Below, in pieces: positions 1-9,241 of a DNA stretch of 64,000 bases. Location of the stretch: the NCBI GenBank assembly GCA_048885865.1, contig JBHLLF010000005.1:32001-96000 (forward strand), in the 5' to 3' direction. The notes under the pieces are model-generated. The model saw nothing but the letters and a program-made list of their open reading frames with translations. It did not search any database and had not been told where the DNA came from. A program made the position numbers and the translations under genes. Within the stretch, counting starts at the first letter, position 1. Each line of letters begins with the position of its first letter. The DNA comes from Candidatus Hermodarchaeota archaeon. Lineage in GTDB: Archaea; Asgardarchaeota; Thorarchaeia; Thorarchaeales; Thorarchaeaceae.

Positions 1-134
1 ACAGAATCAAGGATCACGAATTCCACTCGTTGTTCCAGAATCGTTTCAGCCTCAGAGAAGACATCCACGCTAAACTGGGGGGGCACGGTGAGGAAGTTGG
101 TATCAACCACGACAAGAATGACCACTTTGTTCAC
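1..134 (-). CDS. PIN-domain protein (Fcf1/Utp24-like), N-terminal part; runs off window edge
   Basis: Hand translation of minus strand from GTG at 134: VNKVVILVVVDTNFLTVPPQFSVDVFSEAETILEQRVEFVILDS; VVDTNFL PIN motif; usual position downstream of aIF2-gamma. Confidence 0.8.
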   Translation of the reverse strand, partial: MNKVVILVVVDTNFLTVPPQFSVDVFSEAETILEQRVEFVILDS

Positions 135-145
135 GAGCTTTTCTT

Positions 146-1378
146 TCAAGTTTCTGCATACCCAATGAGTCGCCACTTGTTCTCGACTCTGCGTCCAATG
201 GCAATCCGTTGTCCTTTCTCCACAGCCACAGGTCTCTTGAGTTCAAGCTCGATCTCTTTTCCGTGAAGTCTAGTAATCACACCCACAGTGGCTGCAGTCC
301 CAACAACAAGCATGAGGGGCTCATTGTGTCTGAGATTCCCTACATCTCTCTCGGATTCCATTCCCACAACCCTCTCCATCAGAATGGGCTCGATCATTAG
401 CTTGTCAATGGTCTTTGGCATCTTGCCGGCTCTACCAACAACATTTCCTACAAGCCTGTCTGCGCGAGTAGACGCAGGGTCAAGAGCGGTTCCAACACCA
501 ATCAGGCCTCCCGGTCGAGCCTCAGATAGTTCATTTCCACTTCCTGAGAGCAGACTAGTTATCTTTGCTCGAATTGGCTGAAATCCTTTCTCTCCTCGAG
601 CTCCTGGCGCTATCTCTATCTCATCCCCTACCGACAAAACGCCCCTGACAATGGAACCACCAACTACGCCGCCTCGCAGCTGGTCTGGTAGACTTCCTGG
701 CTTGTTGATATCAAATGATCTGGCCACAAACATCTTTGGGACCGCATCTGCATCTCTTTCAGGAGTCGGAATCACTTCCTCTATCTTCTGGATTAGCAGG
801 TCTGTGTTTGCTCCAAACACCGCAGAAACAGGGACTATTGGTGCCTCTTCAGCTGTTGTACCCTTGACAAATGCCTTGATCTGATTGTAGTGGTCTATGG
901 CTTCTTCTTTCGAAACCAGTTCGATCTTGTTTTGAACGATGATTATCTTCTTAACGCCGACAATCTCCAGAGCGCGAAGGTGTTCAGAGGTCTGTGGCAT
1001 TGGACAGGGCTCATTGGCTGCTATAACAAGGATTGCGCCATCCATGAGGCTTGCTCCACTAAGACAGGTTGCCATCAAGGACTCGTGACCAGGACTGTCT
1101 ACAAACGATATCTCACGGATGGTTTCCAATTTTCCTTGACATTTCGGACACTCTCCATCCTTTGCTAAGTGGGATGTTGTGTATGCCTGTGGTTCTGAGC
1201 ATTTTGTACACTTCATGAGCGTGGTCGCTGCATACCCAAGCCTGATTGAGATTCCCCTTCTTACCTCGTCTGAATGACGATCCGTCCACTCTCCAGTGAG
1301 GTATTCCACAAGGGTCGTCTTACCATGGTCGACGTGGCCCAAGGTACCAATGCTTATCTCAGATTGTCCTTCATACAC
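146..1378 (-). CDS. eif2g: Translation initiation factor 2 subunit gamma
   Basis: GHVDHGKTT, RGISIRLGY, two CxxC, DSPGH, NKIEL, C-terminal WRLIGY. Confidence 0.97.
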   Translation of the reverse strand: MYEGQSEISIGTLGHVDHGKTTLVEYLTGEWTDRHSDEVRRGISIRLGYAATTLMKCTKCSEPQAYTTSHLAKDGECPKCQGKLETIREISFVDSPGHESLMATCLSGASLMDGAILVIAANEPCPMPQTSEHLRALEIVGVKKIIIVQNKIELVSKEEAIDHYNQIKAFVKGTTAEEAPIVPVSAVFGANTDLLIQKIEEVIPTPERDADAVPKMFVARSFDINKPGSLPDQLRGGVVGGSIVRGVLSVGDEIEIAPGARGEKGFQPIRAKITSLLSGSGNELSEARPGGLIGVGTALDPASTRADRLVGNVVGRAGKMPKTIDKLMIEPILMERVVGMESERDVGNLRHNEPLMLVVGTAATVGVITRLHGKEIELELKRPVAVEKGQRIAIGRRVENKWRLIGYAET

Positions 1379-1468
1379 CTAATCGTCACTTCCAAGTGTC
1401 CTGGTCTAATATGCTCTGAAACATCCGAAGGTGGTTTAAAGTCTGTGGTTGGCCCACAGTAAAACCCG

Positions 1469-1852
1469 TTATGCAGCCTTCATCACGAGCTCTTCGAGTG
1501 GAGTGCTGCCTTTCTCCTCAATTCTCATGTTGACCTGAGATATGTCCAAGTTAAGTTCTCTGCCCCGAACAGTCTTTCTCTTTGCCATTCCTTTTCTCTT
1601 GGACCTGAAACCCGGAGGGCCCTTAATCAAAATTCTCTTCTTTCCGCTACCATGAACATCTGGGCGTATCGGAAAGCCTGATGCATCACTCCCCCCAGTT
1701 ATCTTCAACTTGTATCCGGGGAGACCGAGCACATCACCTTCAACCACATCGCCCACACTCTTACCAACTAATGCGTTGGTCTTGGCATCATCTAGCTCAT
1801 ATTGGATTGCCTTTCCTTCTTCAGGGTCGGAGATTACTAACTTGAATGGCAA
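1469..1852 (-). CDS. rps6e: 30S ribosomal protein eS6
   Basis: FKLVISDP, GYKLKITGGSDASGFP, RKTVRG; upstream of aIF2g. Confidence 0.96.
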   Translation of the reverse strand: MPFKLVISDPEEGKAIQYELDDAKTNALVGKSVGDVVEGDVLGLPGYKLKITGGSDASGFPIRPDVHGSGKKRILIKGPPGFRSKRKGMAKRKTVRGRELNLDISQVNMRIEEKGSTPLEELVMKAA

Positions 1853-1888
1853 CTAACTGTTCGCCTACCTTGAAACTATACTAGGATG

Positions 1889-1999
1889 GTCCTAGGCCTG
1901 TTCGGCGGCGTAGCCAGAGTGCATCACTTTATGAGGATTGTGGTCGAACCCAGTAGAATGCGACTTGACCCAGCCTTGTTGTAATTGGCCTAGGACACA
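1889..1999 (+). ncRNA. Candidate structured small RNA (H/ACA-like hairpin)
   Basis: 10-bp closing stem GTCCTAGGCC(1889-98)/GGCCTAGGAC(1987-96), G-U-rich extension, followed directly by ACA. Confidence 0.3.
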
Positions 2000-2048
2000 A
2001 CCATTATAACCTCCACCCCTCCTGACCCAAAGAACCACCCCACGAGAC

Positions 2049-3233
2049 TTGAACAGCATGGACCCCCTCATCTTTCTAGCAATTGCAGCAGTCATCTGGA
2101 TTCTCGTCTTCATCCTCGCTCAGTATATTGGTTTTGAGAAGCTCAACCAACGGGGTATTGAGGCTAGCACACCGTTCTTCCTCCTCATCAAGACAGAGAG
2201 ATTGAATGCATTTCTCACAAAGTGGGGGAAGAAGTTCCCACGAGTCTTTTGGAATGCCGGGATAGTTGTTGGCTTCGGAGGAATGATTGTCGGTTTCTAC
2301 ATCTTTGCTGATAACTTCATCAAGTTCTTCATCCAGCCTGCCCAGGCTGGCGGGGTTGTGCCAATCATTCCTGGAGTGACAATCACTGGTCTTCCTCTAA
2401 TCTACATGCTGATCGGCCTTGCTGTGACTCTTATCACCCACGAGTTCGCTCATGGACTGGCTTCATCGCGTGAAGACATTCCGATAAAGAGCTCAGGCCT
2501 TCTCTTCTTCTATGTGATATTTGGAGGATTCGTCGAGCCTGACGAAGAAACGTTTGAGCAAAAGGCTGGACCAAAGTCAAGGATGCGAATGCTTGCCGCA
2601 GGGTCCTTTGCCAACCTAATCACCGGACTCATAGTCTTCATACTGATAGCTAACTTCAATCCTATAGCGTCGATTGCCTATAATCCACCAAACGGAGCTT
2701 ACATCTATGAAACGCAGGCAGGGTCACCAGGGGCTGCAGCTCTACAGATTGGTGATGTCATTGTCGGGCTTAATGACACAGAGATAGCCACATGGGGTGA
2801 CGTTGATCGATTCATGGATAATGCGACATCCGGGTCTTTGCTTACCATATATACCACGAACCCGTTGACGAATGACACGACGATAATTCTTGCTGAAAAT
2901 CCTTCCAATGCATCGCAGGGTTATATCGGAATCTTTGGCGCAGACTATTGGGAACCAAAGCCGGGCTGGGATGTGATACTCACGCCTCTCACTGTATTCC
3001 ATGCGCAACAGATTCTCATCTGGCTGTGGATCATTCTGGTTTCCATAGGGTTGCTCAATCTTCTCCCAATACCTGCGTTTGATGGGGACAAGCTGCTGAG
3101 CAATGCGCTGAGTCTTGTCACCGATGATGAGAAGAAGATTAAGTACGTGATGTGGCCGGCACGAATACTCTCTATCACAATTCTCCTCGGCAGCATTATC
3201 CTCAGTCTAGTCTTAGGGAAGGCAATATTCTAG
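2049..3233 (+). CDS. Site-2 protease (M50) with PDZ domain
   Basis: HEFAH, GGFVEPDE, AAGSFAN, NLLPIPAFDG; multiple TM segments; ATG at 2058 is the likely start. Confidence 0.93.
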   Translation: MNSMDPLIFLAIAAVIWILVFILAQYIGFEKLNQRGIEASTPFFLLIKTERLNAFLTKWGKKFPRVFWNAGIVVGFGGMIVGFYIFADNFIKFFIQPAQAGGVVPIIPGVTITGLPLIYMLIGLAVTLITHEFAHGLASSREDIPIKSSGLLFFYVIFGGFVEPDEETFEQKAGPKSRMRMLAAGSFANLITGLIVFILIANFNPIASIAYNPPNGAYIYETQAGSPGAAALQIGDVIVGLNDTEIATWGDVDRFMDNATSGSLLTIYTTNPLTNDTTIILAENPSNASQGYIGIFGADYWEPKPGWDVILTPLTVFHAQQILIWLWIILVSIGLLNLLPIPAFDGDKLLSNALSLVTDDEKKIKYVMWPARILSITILLGSIILSLVLGKAIF

Positions 3234-3302
3234 GTCAGTTTATGTACAGAATCTAATTATCGGACCTAAAAAGGGACCATTTGGACAATTCACCGATGCA
3301 AT

Positions 3303-3728
3303 ATGATTTCAGCACAGATAGGTACAATGCAAAATGTTCGTGAGAAGGCCCGTAAGGCACTAACTGACTATCTCACAATGTATCTTCCAGGTACTTGGAC
3401 TGAAGCCCTCGCAAGATTGAAGCTGCTCCTTCAATCAAATTCTGATATTGACTGGGAAGCCCTCAAAGGTCATGCTTTGTTCTTCTTCGATGAGAAACGA
3501 CTCTCAAATGACAGAGTGGAGTGCCTTGCTCGAGTTGAGCGGTTGGGCGAGGCCCTCAAAGAGATACATGGTGCACTTTCGCCAGCGGAATGGCACAAGA
3601 CGGTTGATGACATAGCTCACGCAGCAAACTTCAGGGTCTCAAAGGCCGCAATTCAAGCTACCAAACTACATGGGGTAGAAGAGCCAAAGGAAAAGGATAC
3701 AAAGAGGCCTGAACGACCCAAAGCCTGA
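3303..3728 (+). CDS. Hypothetical helical protein
   Basis: Clean 141-aa ORF filling the gap between genes; no motif recognised. Confidence 0.7.
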   Translation: MISAQIGTMQNVREKARKALTDYLTMYLPGTWTEALARLKLLLQSNSDIDWEALKGHALFFFDEKRLSNDRVECLARVERLGEALKEIHGALSPAEWHKTVDDIAHAANFRVSKAAIQATKLHGVEEPKEKDTKRPERPKA

Positions 3729-3864
3729 TTATAACCCACTCAAAAGCCAGGTCAAACGGATGGCTATTAGCCGAGAAAACCAATAGATGGCACTATAGCA
3801 GCCTGTCTCTAGATGAGAGTCTTTAACTGCGATTCCTGTCACAGTCTGCTAGGAGTACCCATAC

Positions 3865-4794
3865 ATGTCTGTCAAGTGCTCGAAGTGTGGAAAGCCTGCA
3901 GTATATCTGAGAAGGTACACCGCCGAGCGGCTTTGCAAGGCTTGTCTGACATCTACAACACTACAAAGAGTAAGACGGACTATAAACAGAGAGAAAATGT
4001 TACTTGAAGATGATCGAATAGCTGTTGCGATCTCAGGGGGGAAGGACAGCGCAGTTCTATTGGACGTCTTGTCCCGAATCGAACAAGATTTTCCCAGTGT
4101 TGAACTAGTTCCCATTACAATTGACGAAGGAATACAGGGATATCGTGACAAAGCACTAGTAGCTGCTAAGGAATTAACAGCCAAACTGAACCTGAAACTT
4201 GAAGTGCAGGACTTTTCAAGTATCTTTGGTCGGTCATTGGATGAGATTGTGACCAGTCGTGATGATAACTCAGTGGGTCCATGCTCATACTGTGGTGTTC
4301 TAAGAAGAAGAGCTATAAACACAACAGCGAAAGAACTGGCGGCTGATGTTGTCGTTACGGGACACAATTTGGACGACGAGGCACAGACAATCATGATGAA
4401 CATGATGCGCGGTGACAGCCGTAGAATAGCTCGTACCAATAGGTCCAGAGCGAATCCAATAGATGGCCTTGTTCCTCGCGTCAAGCCCATCAAGGAGCTC
4501 TCTGAGAGGGACATCGTTGCTTATACTCATCATCTCTCACTTCCATACCATGATGTACCCTGTCCATATGCTGTAGAGGCCTATCGAAACGATATTCGTG
4601 AGTTTCTGAATCGGATGGAGCATAAGCGTCCCGGTACGCTTCTAGCGATTCTGCGATCATCTGAATCAATAGCTGAGGCATTTGAACAGAGTGCTGACGA
4701 GTCGAATCTCCAGACATGCGATACATGTGGAGATCCAAGTTCTTCAAGAATCTGCAAAGTTTGCTCAATGCTTGATGCTCTAAGAGCTGAGTGA
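3865..4794 (+). CDS. ncsA: tRNA 2-thiolation protein (NcsA/Ncs6/TtuA family)
   Basis: N- and C-terminal CxxC pairs, PP-loop SGGKDS, CSYC, GHNLDD, CPY. Confidence 0.92.
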   Translation: MSVKCSKCGKPAVYLRRYTAERLCKACLTSTTLQRVRRTINREKMLLEDDRIAVAISGGKDSAVLLDVLSRIEQDFPSVELVPITIDEGIQGYRDKALVAAKELTAKLNLKLEVQDFSSIFGRSLDEIVTSRDDNSVGPCSYCGVLRRRAINTTAKELAADVVVTGHNLDDEAQTIMMNMMRGDSRRIARTNRSRANPIDGLVPRVKPIKELSERDIVAYTHHLSLPYHDVPCPYAVEAYRNDIREFLNRMEHKRPGTLLAILRSSESIAEAFEQSADESNLQTCDTCGDPSSSRICKVCSMLDALRAE

Positions 4795-4795
4795 A

Positions 4796-5497
4796 ATGAC
4801 AAAACGACCTGAAACCCTGCATGAAACTCGAGAGGTTGTCTACGATGAAGATCACTGGAGTCTGCTAGGATCGTTGCGCGAGAAGGCATTGAAGGTTATG
4901 CAGAAGCTTGATGATGCAGGTATGAGATCTTTCACCTATGGGTCTATTGCACGCGGAGATGTACACAAGTCTTCAGACATCGACGTGATTGTGCCATATC
5001 CCGTATCAAGCTATAAAATCGAAGTGAGTATCGGGAGAGGAGTCCATAGAGAACTTGTGCAGGCAACCCCCTCAACAGTGATCAAGGGTCATATTCATCT
5101 AAGTAATGATTTGGTTGTGACTTTTCCACTCTTCAAGCTCATGCCTAGGGAAGAGGAGTTCTATCAGTGGGGTGGGCAGGTGAATATTGACCAGATTCAT
5201 GATGAGGTTCGTGTGCCAGGTGTCGACAAACGACTGGTCCTGATAGACCCTACGGAAACTGGTCATATCGAACATGGTGTCATTGGCTACGAACATGAAG
5301 TTGCCAAGAGAATTGGGGTAAGCATCGCAATTGCTCAGGAGCGTGTACGTGTGCTGAGGAGACGCAATAATGTGGGAAGAACTGGAGTGTACCTCACTAG
5401 ACCACTCTCTGAGGACGAGAGCTTTGAAACTGTGGCTAAGAGTCTGAAGGACAGTGATCCAGCTATAAGACGAACAATAGGGCGAAGAGGGGAATAG
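4796..5497 (+). CDS. Archaeal nucleotidyltransferase-domain protein
   Basis: YGSIARGD..SDID motif; RVPGVDKRL; GRTGVY. Confidence 0.85.
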   Translation: MTKRPETLHETREVVYDEDHWSLLGSLREKALKVMQKLDDAGMRSFTYGSIARGDVHKSSDIDVIVPYPVSSYKIEVSIGRGVHRELVQATPSTVIKGHIHLSNDLVVTFPLFKLMPREEEFYQWGGQVNIDQIHDEVRVPGVDKRLVLIDPTETGHIEHGVIGYEHEVAKRIGVSIAIAQERVRVLRRRNNVGRTGVYLTRPLSEDESFETVAKSLKDSDPAIRRTIGRRGE

Positions 5498-5510
5498 AGG
5501 TGCCACACTG

Positions 5511-6623
5511 ATGCGTTCAGTTCACAAGACCAAGGGAGAATCATTGCTTGTAGGCAAGATGCCAGCTGGCTGCAAAATGTGCGCTCTAGGCACCAAGATG
5601 GTCCTGTTTGTCACTGGCTTATGCGAAAGTGCCTGTTTCTACTGTCCATTATCCCAAGATAAGGCGGGAAATGATGTTGTGTTTGCTGATGAAATGCCGG
5701 TACATAATGACAATGATATCCTTGAAGAATTGGAGGCGATAGGTGCTGAAGGGGCAGGTTTTAGCGGAGGCGATCCACTCTGTCGATTACAAAGAACGCT
5801 AGGATACATTTCACTCCTAAAGGACTCTCAGGGCGATGATTTCCATATACACCTCTATACCTCTCAGTCTGATGCTGATATGCAGCAAATCAAGAACCTA
5901 TATGAAGCCGGCTTGGACGAGATTAGATTCCATCCAATGACCGATAATTGGTCTGCTGTCGAAACAGCCGTGAGTCTTGGAATGGAAGTAGGGATTGAAG
6001 TTCCAGCTATTCCAGGTGAGATTGAATTACTGAAGAAGACAGCTAAGAGAGCAGAAGCAATTGGAGTTTCATATCTAAATATCAATGAACTGGAGAGCAG
6101 TGAGACCAACTTCGAATCGCTCAGTTCCCTTGGACTAAGATTAAGAAACATGGAGTCTGCATCTATTGCAGGGAGCGCGGAGTTAGCTGAGGAAATCATC
6201 AAGTGGTCTGCAGAAGAGCTGGAAACGATTTCAGTCCACTACTGTTCAGCCCATTTCAAAGATGCTATACAGATGCGTAATCGTCTGGAACGCCGTCTTG
6301 AGAGAACCGCGAGAGAGTTTGAAGAACGTGCAGACGACGACCCTCTCCTGATACTTGGAGTGATCAGAGCGCCTTTTGGAGAAGAACTAGACAATGAAAT
6401 GCTGAGTCAGATAAGAAACGTCCTGGAATCACAATTTGATGTTCCATCAACTCAGTTGAATATCGACTTACCTAGAAGGAGAATCGAGATGGCTGGATGG
6501 ATACTTGCAGAGATTGCACAAGATCTCAGGTCATCTGTGAAGAATGGCGATGCTCTAGAGATTGGTATTGCATACGAGTATCCATCATGGGACCGTCTTC
6601 AGACGCTTTTCGACCCTCTATGA
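5511..6623 (+). CDS. Radical SAM protein (conserved archaeal family)
   Basis: CESACFYC (Cx3Cx2C), extra GCKMC, SGGDP, LDEIRFHP. Confidence 0.9.
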   Translation: MRSVHKTKGESLLVGKMPAGCKMCALGTKMVLFVTGLCESACFYCPLSQDKAGNDVVFADEMPVHNDNDILEELEAIGAEGAGFSGGDPLCRLQRTLGYISLLKDSQGDDFHIHLYTSQSDADMQQIKNLYEAGLDEIRFHPMTDNWSAVETAVSLGMEVGIEVPAIPGEIELLKKTAKRAEAIGVSYLNINELESSETNFESLSSLGLRLRNMESASIAGSAELAEEIIKWSAEELETISVHYCSAHFKDAIQMRNRLERRLERTAREFEERADDDPLLILGVIRAPFGEELDNEMLSQIRNVLESQFDVPSTQLNIDLPRRRIEMAGWILAEIAQDLRSSVKNGDALEIGIAYEYPSWDRLQTLFDPL

Positions 6624-7709
6624 TTGGTCAATCTTGAATCTCAAAATGGCAGCAACACCTCCAAGATTCTGGAGTTGGTCGCCAGCTGGATGGTCTGTGG
6701 ACACGATATGGAATTGACCGCGTGTTTTCTCGGTGTTTCGAATTAGATTGTCCATCCAATGTCGCTGCTCCTCATCGCCTTCTCTTAGCCTCTTGTCTGT
6801 AATCAGGAGATGTTCTACTGCTCCATACTGGACTGCGGCTCTTACTTCCTTATCACCATAGGCCCCAAGGCCGTCACCCTTTGCAATGTGCTCTATTAAT
6901 CCCTCAATAAGCTGCGTTTCAACCTCGAGTTTCAGACCCTCTATAGCTTTTGAGATCACTCCTCTGAACAGAATCTCTTTTGCACCTGGATATCCTATCG
7001 AGTTCAAGCTCTCAACAGATACAGGTGGTTGGTCTTTAATCTTCATTCCACGAAGGAACTCGCTAAAGTGGTCTTTCACAAATCCTGGTCCTGCAATTAT
7101 GATGATTGCTATCTCATTCTGCTCCAATTGGGAACGGATAGCAACTCCTACATTTGAGAAGAAATCCCGCATGGTGGCATCATACGCCTTCTGGTCTCCA
7201 CGCTTTCTAGATATGCTTGTTCGCACGCGAACAGCCTCTCGTATTCCAAAATCTGCAACAAGGAACAGCTCGGCAACTCCATCCTCTATTGTCACCAGCA
7301 GAGCAACCGGACTCTGAGCTTTCTTCTCTGCCTCCTTTATTCGTTCCAGCATGAAATGGGGCCAGTGCTCCTTGATTATCGTCAGGGTACTTCCTTCTTC
7401 CACATTGAATGTGTGATACGAGCCTATGTTGACTAAATCTCCGGGCCCCTCCAGAATGATGCCCTTTAGCCTCACGCGATTGGAGAATGCATGAAACATG
7501 ACATCCTCGACCTTCAAGACTAGTGTCATCGGCTTGCGCACACTATCCTGTTTTCTAGCATCCTCATCGCCAACTTTGACCCTTCGAGTCGTTCTGGAAA
7601 CAACGGTATCACCAGGACTGACTAGATTATACAAATGCCAGAGATCATCAAGGGTCTCTATCTTGAGGGCGATTTTTCCCTCTTTCAGATTGCGCTTCAA
7701 TACCTTCAC
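6618..7709 (-). CDS. pelA: mRNA surveillance protein pelota
   Basis: DDLWHLYN, YHTFNV, AGPGFVK, AYG..EV, LGGVAAILRF. Confidence 0.96.
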   Translation of the reverse strand: MKVLKRNLKEGKIALKIETLDDLWHLYNLVSPGDTVVSRTTRRVKVGDEDARKQDSVRKPMTLVLKVEDVMFHAFSNRVRLKGIILEGPGDLVNIGSYHTFNVEEGSTLTIIKEHWPHFMLERIKEAEKKAQSPVALLVTIEDGVAELFLVADFGIREAVRVRTSISRKRGDQKAYDATMRDFFSNVGVAIRSQLEQNEIAIIIIAGPGFVKDHFSEFLRGMKIKDQPPVSVESLNSIGYPGAKEILFRGVISKAIEGLKLEVETQLIEGLIEHIAKGDGLGAYGDKEVRAAVQYGAVEHLLITDKRLREGDEEQRHWMDNLIRNTEKTRGQFHIVSTDHPAGDQLQNLGGVAAILRFKIDQS

Positions 7710-7736
7710 GGTGACACCATCAAAGGAACATCTGTT

Positions 7737-9194
7737 TCAGAAGAAATAGTCTCCGTAGTTACTTTGAGAAATATTATCTCCCTGACCAACACCACGAGGA
7801 TTGTACGAATCCAAGCCCTTTGTCAATGATTCAGCTCTCTTGATATGCAACGGTTTCACGTATTCCGAGGATTCCTGGACGGCTAGGTCTCCCGCAACGC
7901 GAATCAGTCCTCCAAGCTCACGAAGTCTAAGAGTCAAAGCACTACTCGCCCCATCCAGCTTCTGTGCCATAGACTCAGCAGCTTTCAAGACCGAGATAAT
8001 CGCCTCTGTGTTTAGATGAGGAATCCTAGCATCTTCTCTCACTGTCTGAGCCATGAACCTCACGATATCTCTCGTAGTTTCCGGTGTCTTTGCCATCCAT
8101 GAGTCAAGCATAATCTCGTAGCCGTAGCCCCGTATTCGCGACCTCAGAGGTACCAATATCTTGTGCAAGTCTTCCACATTGCACGCTCCAAACAAGACAA
8201 ACCTGCAGGGCACGTCGTCCACACGGACAGCAGCTCCGGAGCTGTGAGGATTTCGTCCAGCAATTGGAAAGGTGCCATCTTGCATCGCCGTGAGCAAATG
8301 CTTTTGATACTGACCTAAGGCAGCAATCTCATCCACGTATAGAATTCCCTCGTGCGCCTCGTGAATTGCACCAGGAATCACTCTGAGATATGGTGCTTTT
8401 CCCAATGACTCTGCGCTTCCATATGGATCATGTTCAACATCACCAAGTAGCTCCACAGGACTAGCTCCGCTAGCCCTCACAAAACGGCTGGAGGCATGTG
8501 AAACCAATACATGATTTGGGGAATCTCCTGGGGGGGCCTGGGGACTAGTTGAATCGTGCACATATTGGACACTGATGGTGTCGTCCTGGGTTCTTTCATA
8601 TGTGGCAACCATAGATACTCCTTTGATTACCTCATGTTGCACAACTGTTGTTAGCGCAGGGTCATCTAACAAATCCAAGGTTCGAAAGAGTCCAGAGAAA
8701 GACGTACTGTCTGTTTCTCCAAAAGTCCAGTCACAACGTTTTATCGCATCGCACTCCATGCATACGCTCTGACTGGGCAGAGAAAGGCTTCCACATCTTG
8801 AACATCGATACCCCATCTTTACCGCTACTTCAAAAGGCGCGTTGTCTGGTCTGATGTAAATCGAGTCTAGCACAGTAGTCGGAATTCCTTCGTCCTGATT
8901 CTCGTCAATCCGCTCAATAACAACTTCCGGGCGATTAGGGCGAGAAGGATTGTGCCGCAGCGATATTTGCTCTTCAGGCTGAGGCAGGAGTGAGGCTGCA
9001 GCATTTGCTAGCATCGATTTTCCGACGCCAGGCACACCACAGAGCAAAACATGTCTCCGTTGTTTCACTGCAGAGCGCACAAGTACTACAGCCCGTTCTT
9101 GGCCTATAATCCTCTCAAAAGGGTCACTCGGCGTTGAAACTTCCTCCGTCGAGTCGATATCCTCAACTATGGCTATGTCTTCATTGAGCCTCAA
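7737..9194 (-). CDS. LonB-type AAA+ ATPase lacking the protease domain
   Basis: IIGQE, Walker A GVPGVGKS, GDVEHDPY, GAIHEAHEGILYVDE, LRSRIRGYG, LRLRELGGLIR; ORF ends with no Ser-Lys protease domain. Confidence 0.88.
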   Translation of the reverse strand: MRLNEDIAIVEDIDSTEEVSTPSDPFERIIGQERAVVLVRSAVKQRRHVLLCGVPGVGKSMLANAAASLLPQPEEQISLRHNPSRPNRPEVVIERIDENQDEGIPTTVLDSIYIRPDNAPFEVAVKMGYRCSRCGSLSLPSQSVCMECDAIKRCDWTFGETDSTSFSGLFRTLDLLDDPALTTVVQHEVIKGVSMVATYERTQDDTISVQYVHDSTSPQAPPGDSPNHVLVSHASSRFVRASGASPVELLGDVEHDPYGSAESLGKAPYLRVIPGAIHEAHEGILYVDEIAALGQYQKHLLTAMQDGTFPIAGRNPHSSGAAVRVDDVPCRFVLFGACNVEDLHKILVPLRSRIRGYGYEIMLDSWMAKTPETTRDIVRFMAQTVREDARIPHLNTEAIISVLKAAESMAQKLDGASSALTLRLRELGGLIRVAGDLAVQESSEYVKPLHIKRAESLTKGLDSYNPRGVGQGDNISQSNYGDYFF

Positions 9195-9241
9195 GTCTCT
9201 CCTGATACCGTCCTAGATGCAAATGATAACAGTGAGTATTA

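Noticed and set aside
1931-1969. AUGA...GAA...UGA pattern resembling a eukaryote/Loki-type SECIS
   Set aside because: Weak stem and no upstream plus-strand selenoprotein gene.
5511-6623. Radical SAM gene as the activase for the GRE
   Set aside because: It is 30 kb away, belongs to a different widespread archaeal family, and lacks the GRE-activase GCx2RC context.
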